Below, one piece after another: positions 8,144 to 17,201 of a stretch of DNA of 20,160 bases. The position numbers and the translations under genes are program-made. The DNA is from Caedimonas varicaedens (lineage in GTDB: Bacteria > Pseudomonadota > Alphaproteobacteria > Caedimonadales > Caedimonadaceae): assembly GCA_001192655.1 (NCBI GenBank), contig BBVC01000004.1, forward strand, positions 1 to 20,160, given 5' to 3'. Position 1 is the stretch's first letter. The number at the start of each line of letters is the position of its first letter. The notes beneath the pieces are model-generated. The model worked only from the letters and a program-made list of their open reading frames with translations. It was not told the origin of the DNA and made no database searches.

Positions 8144-8147
8144 CATC

Positions 8148-9253
8148 CTATGTGAGAAATTCACCCCAAAGGTCGATACCGCTTTCAAATGGCGTACGGG
8201 ACTGTTGATTAATTAAAAAGATGATGCCGATCTCTTCGGACGGTATAAATCCAATGAACGGTGTAGTTCCAGAAATAAATCCACCATGAAATATTAAATC
8301 CTTGCTCGGACGTTCTTTAATCCTTAAAACGCGCCAGCCAAGCCCATAGTATGATTCGATTTTATTTCTGTTGTATGGCCACTTCATATTCCATTTATCA
8401 ATATCATGATTAGAAGTAAGAGGTACGTATAGCTCATCTAGTGTCTTTTGAGAAATTAGATCAGGTCTGTATCCAAAACTTAATTTAAAGACTTCAATCA
8501 TTCCATCAAGAGATGCGAAAATGCCAGCTGCAGCAGGAGCTGCTTTTGGATAATAAGGGGGGAATGGTAATGGTTTAACTTTCGTTTTTCTTTCGTGTGT
8601 GGATAAGCAATGTCCAGAGAGGGTGCGATGGGAACAATTTGAATGCCATCCGTTTTTAGAGTTATCCGTAACTGCTGGATAACAGACAAAAGGCTCAGAT
8701 TTTTGCGATTGAGGGCTTCTTCAACAAGACTAAAGATTGTGTTGCTGTATGAGTAACACGCACCTGGTTTGCATTGAGGTTTTTGGTCCCCAAGTTTTTT
8801 CAGCAATTTTTGACGACTCAGCCCTTGTTCAATTTGTGTATTTCCTGAAAATTTATATCCTGTGGTGTGGCTCAAAATATTCCTTAAACTTACGGGATTT
8901 TTTAGGTAAGACAGCTTGAATATTTTATCAAGATCGAGCGCGCCGCGATCCACCATTAATGCAATGGCGGCGGCTGAAACTGTTTTTGATACAGAAGCCA
9001 ATGGAAACAATGTATGGGAAGTAATGGGTCGTCCAGTTTTGCCTTTTTGGTTTCCAAATGTTGTTTTATAGATCACTTGGCCTTTGTGCAAAATGGCGAT
9101 CGCTCCTCCTTGCAGCGTGTCTTTTTTGAACTCAATTTTCTCGATAAAGTTTTGCAGTTTTTGGGGAATTTCATTTTGAGTTTCCGCAAAAAGTGTAAAA
9201 CGTGATGACACTATTATGATGCTAAAAAAGGTGATTAAAACTTTATGGCTCAT
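8148..9253 (-). pseudogene. Beta-lactamase-family serine hydrolase (class C / esterase / D-aminopeptidase-like), frameshifted
   Basis: Two consecutive ORFs (9253-8498 and 8501-8148). Both frames are open across roughly 8500-8700. The first carries a signal-like N-terminus, SxxK (ASVSKT) and YxN (YSYSN). The second frame, read upstream of its ATG, gives VKPLPFPPYYPKAAPAAAGIFASLDGMIEVF and later HGG (IFHGGFISG), the expected continuation of the fold. A 1-nt indel near 8575-8600 would join them. The T5 run of CGTTTTTC lies in this interval. Confidence 0.75.
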
Positions 9254-9975
9254 AAGACCATGTCCAGGAATTTTTGCGCACGGACAGTTTGGGGTTTCGT
9301 AAAAAAGTGTTTGGGTTCTGTAATTTCAACAAGTTCACCGGCATCCAAAAACCAAATCATATCCGAGACCTCTTTCGCAAAGTTCATTTCATGGGTCACG
9401 ATTGCCAGAGTCATGGTGTGCTGGTTTGCCAAGTCCTTGATGACAGACAGGACTTCCTTAACCATTTCCGGATCAAGGGCAGAGGTAGGCTCGTCAAATA
9501 AAATGATTCTGGGATCCATTGCTAGCGCCCGTGCAATGGCCACGCGCTGTTTTTGCCCGCCTGAAAGCCGAGCAGGATAGATGTCTCTTTTATCCGAAAG
9601 CCCCACGCGTTCCAGTAAATGTTCGGCTTTTGAACGTGCTTTGCTTTCATCGGTTTTTAAGGCATGAATGGGCGCATATATCAGATTTTCCAGGACAGTC
9701 ATATGAGGAAAAAGATGAAAGTGCTGAAATACCATACTGACTTTCTGGCGAATTAAACGAATGTTGCAACGAGGGTCTGTGATCTCTTGACCATCAATCA
9801 TAATTTGACCGGAAGAAGGCTGTTCCAAAAGATTCAGGCAACGTAAAAGCGTTGATTTTCCTGATCCTGACGGACCTAAAATAGAGACTACTTTCCCTTG
9901 GGCAATGCTTGCTGTAATGCCTTTTAAAACGTTGAGGTCATGGAATGATTTATGAAGTTTTTTTATTTTAATCAC
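9250..9975 (-). CDS. Polar amino-acid ABC transporter, ATP-binding protein
   Basis: Walker A GPSGSGKST, signature LSGGQKQRVAIARAL, Walker B IILFDEPTSALD, H-loop VTHEM. Size (241 aa) and overall sequence are typical of GlnQ/HisP-type ATPases. The start overlaps the permease stop by 8 nt. Confidence 0.93.
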   Translation of the reverse strand: MIKIKKLHKSFHDLNVLKGITASIAQGKVVSILGPSGSGKSTLLRCLNLLEQPSSGQIMIDGQEITDPRCNIRLIRQKVSMVFQHFHLFPHMTVLENLIYAPIHALKTDESKARSKAEHLLERVGLSDKRDIYPARLSGGQKQRVAIARALAMDPRIILFDEPTSALDPEMVKEVLSVIKDLANQHTMTLAIVTHEMNFAKEVSDMIWFLDAGELVEITEPKHFFTKPQTVRAQKFLDMVL

Positions 9976-10627
9976 TGCGACGCAACCTTATTTCAAGAAC
10001 TTTGGCAAAATGGGAAAGCACCATGACCATGACATAATAGACCGCAGCGACCATCAGAAGAGGCTCAAAATAAATATATTTCTCAGCGGCGACAACATTT
10101 GCCCGGCGCAGTAAATCCATTTCTCCGATCGTGGAAACAAGAGCAGATTCTTTGAGTAGATCGATACTTTCGTTTACAAGAGAAGGCAGGATGTTTTTAA
10201 TCGCCTGCGGCAAGATAATATCCTTCATCGTTGAAAAATAGCTGATTCCCAGAGACGCTGCGGCTTCAAATTGTCCTCGATCTACCGAGAGAATGCCGGC
10301 GCGAATGTGTTCTGATACATAGGCACCCGAGTTTAGAGAAAAAGCCAGAACTCCTGCTTCAAAGGCTGTTATTTGGTATCCGGTCAGTTGAGGGATTGCG
10401 TGATAAGCCAGGATAAGCTGGACAAGAAGGGGGGTTCCGCGAAAAATTGACGTATAAATGCGGGCAAAAATGTCCAGAAAACGACAATGAGAGATCTTCA
10501 TCAATCCTAAAGCCCCTCCCCATAAAAAACCTAAAAAGAGGGATAGAAGGGTGTATTGAAGCGTTACAAGCACGCCTTCCAAGATAAAGGGAACAGAAGG
10601 TAGTATTTTTAGAAAATCAAGCATCAT
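9968..10627 (-). CDS. Polar amino-acid ABC transporter permease (His/Glu/Gln/Arg/opine family)
   Basis: 219 aa and multi-pass hydrophobic. Carries the EAA-type loop (GQFEAAASLGISYFSTMKDIILPQA) characteristic of this permease family. Confidence 0.9.
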   Translation of the reverse strand: MMLDFLKILPSVPFILEGVLVTLQYTLLSLFLGFLWGGALGLMKISHCRFLDIFARIYTSIFRGTPLLVQLILAYHAIPQLTGYQITAFEAGVLAFSLNSGAYVSEHIRAGILSVDRGQFEAAASLGISYFSTMKDIILPQAIKNILPSLVNESIDLLKESALVSTIGEMDLLRRANVVAAEKYIYFEPLLMVAAVYYVMVMVLSHFAKVLEIRLRRSD

Positions 10628-10656
10628 GATGGCATCGTTTCTTTCGTCAGAACCTT

Positions 10657-11430
10657 TTATTTAAGCCATTTGCGCGTAATTTCTTCAAGTTTTCCCCTTG
10701 CCTTCAGCTTTTTCAGGGCGACATTGAATTTCTCTATCCAGGGAGAGTCTTTGGGAAAGGCGATGGCAAAGCTTGATTGATATTCTTGTAAAATACGATA
10801 ATCCAGGTCTTTATTGGCTTCAGTATATGCTTTGGCAGGAACTTCTTCAACTAAAAGACCATCGATACGTCCCACACGAACTTCTTGGATCAGTTCTCCC
10901 AGCTTATTGAGCAAAATAATTTGCAGGCTCTTGATTTTGTTTGCCAATTGTTTTGCAGCCTGTTCATTGGTAGAACCCAATTGTACGCCAATTTTTTTTC
11001 CTTCCAAACTATTTTCACTTTCGAGAGTTTTAGCTTGTAGAGTAACAACAGCGATGCGGGAAGTATAATAGATATCTGAGAAGGCAATATTTTTTTTCCT
11101 TTCCTCAGATGGTGTCATCAACGCCATGGAAAAGTCAGCACGATGGGTCTGCAGAGCAGGGACAATGCTATTGAAGTCTATATCTTTGATGTCAAGCGTG
11201 ATGCCAAGCTCGTTTGCCAAAGCATGAGCTATGTCAATATCAGCGCCTACGAGTCCGTCTTTTCCTCGGCTGGTATCATGAAATTCAAAGGGCGGATTAT
11301 CGCCGGATGTTACCATAGTCAGTGTTATTTTTTTATCAGATGAACGCTCTGAGTCTCCACAGCTGATCAAAGCAACGCATAAGAAGATTCCAACGAGAAA
11401 AGAAAAGGTTTTATATTTTAAATCAGACAT
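10657..11430 (-). CDS. Amino-acid ABC transporter substrate-binding lipoprotein (SBP family 3)
   Basis: 257 aa. Lipobox LISC after a hydrophobic leader (FLVGIFLCVALISCGD). Family-3 features: PPFEF, DIDIAHALANELG, a central hinge, and a C-terminal KWLK-type end. Confidence 0.88.
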   Translation of the reverse strand: MSDLKYKTFSFLVGIFLCVALISCGDSERSSDKKITLTMVTSGDNPPFEFHDTSRGKDGLVGADIDIAHALANELGITLDIKDIDFNSIVPALQTHRADFSMALMTPSEERKKNIAFSDIYYTSRIAVVTLQAKTLESENSLEGKKIGVQLGSTNEQAAKQLANKIKSLQIILLNKLGELIQEVRVGRIDGLLVEEVPAKAYTEANKDLDYRILQEYQSSFAIAFPKDSPWIEKFNVALKKLKARGKLEEITRKWLK

Positions 11431-11651
11431 TTTTTCACTCTAGCAAGTTTTCTATATGAATCTGGTAATCTAGGCATATTTCAGGACTTTTTGCAATAAG
11501 GTGATGTTGTTTGAAGGGATGGAAAATGCCTTCCTTTAAAAGCAGATAAAGGTGATTTTAAAGGTATCTTATCATTTTTTGTTAAATATTTATGGATTGA
11601 CAATAAGAAAAATGCTAATGATTTTGTAAAATTTTTGTGATTTGAATAAAT

Positions 11652-12638
11652 ATGAAATTCTTTAAAATAATTTTTGGTATTATTATGAGCACTGTATGTT
11701 TTTATTTAGCAGCGCGTCATATTGACTTTCTGGCGCTAAAAGAAAGCTTCAACCGCATCAATATTTGTTGGATGCTGTTTTCAAGTGTAGGCGTTTTTAT
11801 TTCCCAATGGATCAGGAGCATCCGATGGGCAAGGCTTTTAAAACCTATTCACCCCGTCACAAATCTTAAAAGTTTCCAAATCTATGCTGTTGGTAATATG
11901 GCAAATCTGATTATTCCTCTGCGAGGGGGGGATATCCTGAGAGTATGGATGATGGCAAGGCATCTTTCAGAAAATAAATCACCCATATTGGCGACGCTTG
12001 TCACAGAGCGTCTTATCGATCTGATTTTCTTTGGGTTCTTATTAGGTATATCGTTGTTGCTTTATCCTCTTCCTCAATGGATTACGATGTCAGGTATCAT
12101 GCTGGTCGTGGGTTCTGTAAGTCTAGGGGCTCTCCTTGTTTTTCTTAAAGTAAAAGTGATTTCTTTAAATGCCCTATGGAAAATTCTTGGTATCATTTTA
12201 TCTGTCCGAACTATTATCAGATTACAAGGGATAGTGGCAGGTTTTCTGGAAGGAGTGGCGCCTCTTTCTAATGCGAGAGAATATGTAATTTTTCTGATAG
12301 AAACCATTTTAATGTGGGTAGGGCAGGGTGTTTTCATCTATCTTCTTTTCTATTCTTTTGGATTTACAGAAACTTATCATTTAGGTGTTAATGCGGCGCT
12401 GCTCTTGCTGGCTCTGACGACAGTGGCTATCACGCTTCCTTCTTCGCCGGGACATGTGGGAACCTTGCATTTAATGTGTGTAATATCTTTGGAGATTTGC
12501 GGTCTGCCTACAACAGAAGCCTTTTCTTATGCGGTTGTTTTTCATGCGCTCTTTAATGTGATCTTGATCATTTTGGGTATTTATGGATTTATGGGAGAGC
12601 GTGGGAATGTTAACTTCCGATTGAAAACTCTCCCTTGA
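11652..12638 (+). CDS. Flippase-like / lysylphosphatidylglycerol-synthase-TM-region family membrane protein (UPF0104-like)
   Basis: 328 aa and polytopic. The N-terminal pattern is typical of the family: the IRSIRWARLL block, then NLIIPLRGGDILRV (the P-x-R-x-G-E/D-x-x-R signature). Confidence 0.65.
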   Translation: MKFFKIIFGIIMSTVCFYLAARHIDFLALKESFNRINICWMLFSSVGVFISQWIRSIRWARLLKPIHPVTNLKSFQIYAVGNMANLIIPLRGGDILRVWMMARHLSENKSPILATLVTERLIDLIFFGFLLGISLLLYPLPQWITMSGIMLVVGSVSLGALLVFLKVKVISLNALWKILGIILSVRTIIRLQGIVAGFLEGVAPLSNAREYVIFLIETILMWVGQGVFIYLLFYSFGFTETYHLGVNAALLLLALTTVAITLPSSPGHVGTLHLMCVISLEICGLPTTEAFSYAVVFHALFNVILIILGIYGFMGERGNVNFRLKTLP

Positions 12639-12657
12639 AATAATATTTTTCTGTGGT

Positions 12658-13764
12658 TTAAAACGCTTCAAGAATCGCTTGATAGAGTTTTGTCAGTTTC
12701 TGTAAGTCTTCTATGGATACATGTTCGTCCACTTGATGAGCCGTTATATTTTTGAGTCCCAGTTCAACAATAGGACAGAGGGTATGAATAAAACGGGCGT
12801 CAGAGGTTCCTCCCGTGGTTGAAAGTTGAGGAAGATGAGCGCTAAGCCCTTTCAGAATTTTCTGAATTTTTTTTGCAAAATCCAGAGAAGAAGTTAGAAA
12901 TGCCTCGCCTGTGACAAGAAAATCAAGTTTGTGATGACCTGCAACGTCCTGGCAAAGTACGCTGATGAAATCCATCAGTGAAGCGCTTGAATGCTGATCA
13001 TTGAATCGCACATTAAATCGCGCTTCAGCTTTTGCCGGGACAACATTAAAAGCTGTATTTCCCACGTCAATAGACACGACTTCAAAGTGCGTGGCAGGAA
13101 AATACTCTGAACCTCGGTCAAACGTTGTTTGATAAAGCTTGTTAAGAGTGTTCATAAGTCTGGGAACAGGGTTATCAAAGTTTTCTGGATAGGCCACGTG
13201 CCCCTGAACACCCCATACAGTAAGAATCCCCGATAAACTTCCCCGTCGTCCAATTTTGAGAGTATCACCGATTTCATGAACAGACGTTGGTTCCCCGACA
13301 AGACAAAAATCAATTTTTTCCTTTCTTGCCTGAAGCCATTCAAGGACAGAGCGTGTGCCATAGAGCGCTGGTCCCTCTTCATCTCCTGTGATGAGAAGGC
13401 TGATAGAACCTGTCAATGAAGTCAGCCTTGAAACAGCACCAAGAAAGGCAGCAATGGCTCCTTTCATGTCAACAGCTCCTCGACCATAAAGGATGTCATC
13501 CTTGATGACAGCCTCAAAAGGACTGTGATGCCATGACGCAGAATCACCGATAGGGACGACATCCGTATGTCCGAGAAAACAAAAATTGGGAGAAGAATCC
13601 CCACGTCGTGCATAAAGATTATGGACGTTTTCAAACAAAAGTCGATGGCATGTAAACCCCATCTGCTCAAGAGTATTTTGGATAATATCCAGTGCGCCGG
13701 CGTCATGGGGAGTAATGCTGGGGCAACGGATTAATTCTTGGGCAAGCCTTACGACATCAAGCAT
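12658..13764 (-). CDS. dapE: Succinyl-diaminopimelate desuccinylase
   Basis: 368 aa, collinear by eye with E. coli DapE: LIRCPSITPHDAG, FLGHTDVVP, GRGAVDMKG, ITGDEEG, CLVGEPTS, GRRGSLSG, GVQGHVAYP, TTGGTSDARF. Confidence 0.92.
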   Translation of the reverse strand: MLDVVRLAQELIRCPSITPHDAGALDIIQNTLEQMGFTCHRLLFENVHNLYARRGDSSPNFCFLGHTDVVPIGDSASWHHSPFEAVIKDDILYGRGAVDMKGAIAAFLGAVSRLTSLTGSISLLITGDEEGPALYGTRSVLEWLQARKEKIDFCLVGEPTSVHEIGDTLKIGRRGSLSGILTVWGVQGHVAYPENFDNPVPRLMNTLNKLYQTTFDRGSEYFPATHFEVVSIDVGNTAFNVVPAKAEARFNVRFNDQHSSASLMDFISVLCQDVAGHHKLDFLVTGEAFLTSSLDFAKKIQKILKGLSAHLPQLSTTGGTSDARFIHTLCPIVELGLKNITAHQVDEHVSIEDLQKLTKLYQAILEAF

Positions 13765-13791
13765 GGCAAGAGTTTCCCTGTGTAGAAAAGA

Positions 13792-14619
13792 TTAAGCTGC
13801 CCTTAAAAGATCATTAATGGCTGTTTTAAGACGCGTTTTTTCATCTACTGTTTTGACGATGACAGCGCAGTTCAGAGAAAGACCATCCGGAGCTCTTTCT
13901 TTTTCCTTACTTGGAATAGAGCCTGCAATGACGACTGAGTAGGCAGGAATGCGACCATAAAGGATTTCTCCTGTCTCACGATTCACAATAGGCGTAGATG
14001 ATCCAATAAAGACACCCATGCCAATGACGGCTCCTCGTTCTACGATAACGCCTTCTACAATTTCACTGCGGGCGCCAATAAAACAGTCGTCTTCAATAAT
14101 AACAGGATTAGCCTGTACGGGTTCAAGAACGCCTCCAAGACCTGTTCCGCCAGAAATATGACAACGTTCCCCAATCTGTACACAAGAGCCCACGGTTGCC
14201 CATGTATCGATCATGGTGCTATTTCCTATATAAGCTCCTACATTGACAAAGCTGGGCATAAGAATGGCATCAGGGGCAATATAGGCTGAATGTCGAACAA
14301 TGGCGCCAGGAACAACACGAAATCCGGCGTTTGCAAATTCTGCTTCTGTCCAGTGTTCAAATTTCAGGGGAATCTTGTCATAAGAGATTCCATGATCCAG
14401 GATAAGCGTATTGGGACTCAAGCGAAAGGATAAAAGAATCGCCTTCTTGATCCATTGATGGACAACCCATACGTCATCTTTCTTTTCAGCAACGCGCAGT
14501 TTGCCAGTATCCAGATTACTCAGTGTTTTGCGTACAGCCTCAACAGCTTCTCCGGTTGAAGATAGATCAAAACCGGCACGATTTTCCCATGCTTCTTCAA
14601 TGACAGACTTTATATTCAT
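13792..14619 (-). CDS. dapD: 2,3,4,5-tetrahydropyridine-2,6-dicarboxylate N-succinyltransferase
   Basis: 275 aa. N-terminal helical domain (IEEAWENR...), then a left-handed beta-helix hexapeptide-repeat region ([43 protein letters not shown]...[33 protein letters not shown]). Adjacent to dapE. Confidence 0.92.
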   Translation of the reverse strand: MNIKSVIEEAWENRAGFDLSSTGEAVEAVRKTLSNLDTGKLRVAEKKDDVWVVHQWIKKAILLSFRLSPNTLILDHGISYDKIPLKFEHWTEAEFANAGFRVVPGAIVRHSAYIAPDAILMPSFVNVGAYIGNSTMIDTWATVGSCVQIGERCHISGGTGLGGVLEPVQANPVIIEDDCFIGARSEIVEGVIVERGAVIGMGVFIGSSTPIVNRETGEILYGRIPAYSVVIAGSIPSKEKERAPDGLSLNCAVIVKTVDEKTRLKTAINDLLRAA

Positions 14620-14625
14620 CGCTTG

Positions 14626-15066
14626 TTACTCCTGTCTCTGTTGTTCCAATCGGTCTCCTAATTGAATATTCTGATCTTGGACACTTCCTGCGGCAAGTTC
14701 AAGAGCATATTTTATGGGAGTCCGAGAATGAATAGGATCAGGATTCAGAGGCTGTGCTTTTTCATGGATTTGGACAACTTTTCCATCTTCCTGCACAAAA
14801 ATAATATCCAGGGGAATAAGCGTATTTTTCATCCAGAAAGAGGCTCGCTGAGTCTTTGGAAAAATAAAGAGCATTCCTGAGCTTTTGGCTAAGGAATGAC
14901 GGTTCATCAATCCATAGTTAAGTTCATGAGGCGCGCGTGCGATTTCTACCTGGAAAGAAACTTTGTGATGGGGGCGTGCAAGAGAAACTGTGGTATGAGA
15001 TGTTCCTGCCGTTCCCTCCTGTCCAAAATTCACCAGTAAAATGAGAGTATAAAAAAGGAACCTCAT
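14626..15066 (-). CDS. DUF192-domain protein, exported
   Basis: The core [43 protein letters not shown]...YALELAAG matches the DUF192 (COG1430) pattern. The likely start is the internal Met ([15 protein letters not shown], a signal-like segment) at 15066. That ATG overlaps the mnmA stop as ATGA. The ORF track extends to 15111. Confidence 0.75.
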   Translation of the reverse strand: MRFLFYTLILLVNFGQEGTAGTSHTTVSLARPHHKVSFQVEIARAPHELNYGLMNRHSLAKSSGMLFIFPKTQRASFWMKNTLIPLDIIFVQEDGKVVQIHEKAQPLNPDPIHSRTPIKYALELAAGSVQDQNIQLGDRLEQQRQE

Positions 15067-16223
15067 GGAACCAGATCTTTCCCGTAATTTGTGGGTGCCT
15101 GACGAATCCATCCCCCGCCCAGAACACGCTCACTTTGATAAAAGACACACGCTTGTCCGGGAGAGACTCCATATTCAGGTGAGACCAGAGTGACTTCTGC
15201 TTTTCTATCGTCCTGCAATTCAATTTTTGCGACGACTGGCTCTTGGGAAGAACGAATTTTAACCTGGATGGAATATTCTTTCTTCTGGTTTCTTTCGTCC
15301 AGCCAATTCACATCTCGCAAAAGAAGCGTTTGGCATCCCAGGGCTTCGCGGGGGCCCACAATAACGCGATGATTGAGGGGATCAAGCTTAATGACATAAA
15401 GAGGTTCTCCTGTGGGGAGGGAAATCCCCAAGCCACGCCTTTGTCCCACCGTATACTGAATAATGCCCTGATGCTGACCCAGAATTGTGCCGTCTATATG
15501 GATAATGTCGCCAGATTCCAATGCTCCTGGTCTCAAGCGTTCTACGACACGCGCATAATCTCCGTCTGGGACAAAGCAAATATCCTGGCTATCTGGCTTG
15601 CTGGCAACTTCCAAACCAAATCGGTGTGCATGCTCACGTGTCTCAGACTTGAGCATATCTCCCAAAGGGAATCTGAGATAGGCGAGTTGTTCAGAGGTTG
15701 TATTAAACAAAAAATAGCTTTGATCACGATGAGGGTCAATGGCACGATGAAGCTCAGTCCCCTGTACTCCCTGATGCCAGCGTACATAATGTCCGGTAGC
15801 AAGTGCTTCTCCGCCTAGTTCTCGCGCTGTGGAAAGCAAATCCTTGAATTTGACTTCCTGATTGCATTTTATACAGGGAATGGGCGTTTCTCCCGCAAGG
15901 TAACTGTCCGCAAAATCTTCCATAACGGATTCTTTGAAGCGACTTTCGTAATCAAGGACATAATGGGGAAATCCCAAACGATCAGCAACTTGTCGTGCAT
16001 CATAAATATCCTGTCCCGCACAACAGGCTTTTTTGCGATTGATGGCGACACCATGATCATAAAGCTGCATGGTTAATCCCACCACATCATAACCTGCTTC
16101 TTTTAAAAGTCCTGCAACAACAGAACTGTCAACGCCGCCAGACATCGCGACAACAACCCGTGTGCCTTGCGCGGGCTTTCCAAGCTGTAAAAGGTCTGTC
16201 GGATCAGTCATTATTTTTACCAT
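15063..16223 (-). CDS. mnmA: tRNA 2-thiouridine(34) synthase (tRNA-specific 2-thiouridylase)
   Basis: PP-loop [27 protein letters not shown] aligns with E. coli TPNPDILCNKEIKF. Second catalytic Cys in DSQDICFV. C-terminal beta-barrel region. The start may instead be the ATG at 16211 (MTDPTD...). Confidence 0.93.
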   Translation of the reverse strand: MVKIMTDPTDLLQLGKPAQGTRVVVAMSGGVDSSVVAGLLKEAGYDVVGLTMQLYDHGVAINRKKACCAGQDIYDARQVADRLGFPHYVLDYESRFKESVMEDFADSYLAGETPIPCIKCNQEVKFKDLLSTARELGGEALATGHYVRWHQGVQGTELHRAIDPHRDQSYFLFNTTSEQLAYLRFPLGDMLKSETREHAHRFGLEVASKPDSQDICFVPDGDYARVVERLRPGALESGDIIHIDGTILGQHQGIIQYTVGQRRGLGISLPTGEPLYVIKLDPLNHRVIVGPREALGCQTLLLRDVNWLDERNQKKEYSIQVKIRSSQEPVVAKIELQDDRKAEVTLVSPEYGVSPGQACVFYQSERVLGGGWIRQAPTNYGKDLVP

Positions 16224-17178
16224 CTAGTTTTGGTCCAGGATCTCCCCACTCAAGATGGCGAGCGATTCGATAAAGTTCCTGGTTTTTCCTGGAAATGATG
16301 ACTCGTTTTAAGCCATTCTGGGTACATAAATCAAGGATGAAATGACCTGATCCCTGTTGAGGTTTGCGTATAACCCGGCTTAAGGAGTGTTTCAGAGGGC
16401 TTTTCGCAGCAATAACATAAGAGTATTTTTCATCTTCATAGGCAAAGGGAGCTTCTTTAATTAAACGATGAAGAGGTGTACGTTCAAGCCGTTCGCTAAA
16501 ATGGCACCAGTCTTTGCCTGCCATAGGGCAAGCAAGGCTATGAGGGCAGGGTGCTATGATAAAGGCACCCATTTCAATCAGCTGGGTACGCGCTTCTCTG
16601 ATTCTTTCAAATCCTTGTGGCGTTCCTGGTTCCATAAGAACGAAAAATTCTATTGTGGCTTCCCAAGCAGCTGCTATGACAGCTTTTTGATGATTTGAAG
16701 AAAGCTCTCCCAGAACGTAGGACAAGGTTACTAGCGTATGAGGGGCAAAGGGAGCAGCCTGTCTTAAATCTGACTTTATATGATGAATTTGTTTCTTTTT
16801 TAAAACGTCATCAAAGAGTCCAGCGCCTAATTCAGCCAAACGGTGATCTTCTTCAATCAGGGTGACATCCTTTATAGAGGAGAAGATATCTTTTGCTGCC
16901 CATAATAGAGTGCCAGGACCCGCCCCTAAATCAAGCAGCGACGTTATTTTATCGGCTTCTTTGGAAAGCTGTTTGAGAACTGTATGCCCGACGGCATATG
17001 TGGCGGGCATACGCGTGATAAGATAGGATAAACGCTCTGCATCGTCTGTGATGAAAGCGCTGGCTTGTTTGGTATGATAGCGCTGAGTCAAGTCACGGCG
17101 CGCCTTTTGAATATCAGAAAAGTTGCAGGACTCTGTCAGTTTCTCAATTGCCTGGTATAAAGAAGGGGGAAGCGCCAT
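16204..17178 (-). CDS. Rsm22-family class I SAM-dependent methyltransferase
   Basis: 324 aa. SAM motif [12 protein letters not shown]-terminal signature [45 protein letters not shown], which I recognise as typical of Rsm22/COG5459 proteins. The 3' end overlaps the mnmA start. Confidence 0.8.
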   Translation of the reverse strand: MALPPSLYQAIEKLTESCNFSDIQKARRDLTQRYHTKQASAFITDDAERLSYLITRMPATYAVGHTVLKQLSKEADKITSLLDLGAGPGTLLWAAKDIFSSIKDVTLIEEDHRLAELGAGLFDDVLKKKQIHHIKSDLRQAAPFAPHTLVTLSYVLGELSSNHQKAVIAAAWEATIEFFVLMEPGTPQGFERIREARTQLIEMGAFIIAPCPHSLACPMAGKDWCHFSERLERTPLHRLIKEAPFAYEDEKYSYVIAAKSPLKHSLSRVIRKPQQGSGHFILDLCTQNGLKRVIISRKNQELYRIARHLEWGDPGPKLDGKNND

Positions 17179-17201
17179 ATGCTTTCAATAAGTTGAAGAA
17201 A

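Larger units (their letters stand above)
7644..8144. repeat. Perfect tandem direct duplication (2 x 249 bp) of the IS 3' end
   Basis: 7644-7892 and 7893-8141 are identical by base-by-base reading. The match runs on to 7895/8144. Each unit contains the last ~75 transposase codons, the stop codon and the right IR. Confidence 0.9.

Noticed and set aside
8593-8601. TGTGGATAA, a perfect DnaA-box consensus (TTATCCACA on the other strand).
   Set aside because: It is a single isolated box inside the hydrolase coding sequence. There is no cluster, no AT-rich unwinding element and no dnaA/hemE-type context, so it is most likely chance.
11498-11566. The 8-mer AAGGTGAT occurs twice (11498-11505 and 11559-11566) in the divergent intergenic region between the ABC operon and the flippase-like gene. 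A small GAAGG/CCTTC hairpin lies between the two copies. Together they could be operator sites.
   Set aside because: An 8-nt repeat in a 220-bp AT-rich spacer is weak evidence, the hairpin is only 5 bp, and no regulator gene is adjacent.
12639-12657. Only 19 bp separate the convergent stops of the flippase-like gene and dapE. I looked for a shared bidirectional terminator.
   Set aside because: I found no GC-rich hairpin spanning the gap or the gene ends. I cannot claim a terminator or antisense overlap from the sequence alone.
15243-15818. 191-aa plus-strand ORF antisense to mnmA, and similar long antisense ORFs (3557-3979 opposite rne; 5570-5920 and 6464-6760 opposite mrcA).
   Set aside because: These are shadow ORFs opposite strongly supported conserved genes. 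Their products are low-complexity or compositionally odd, with no start-site signals.
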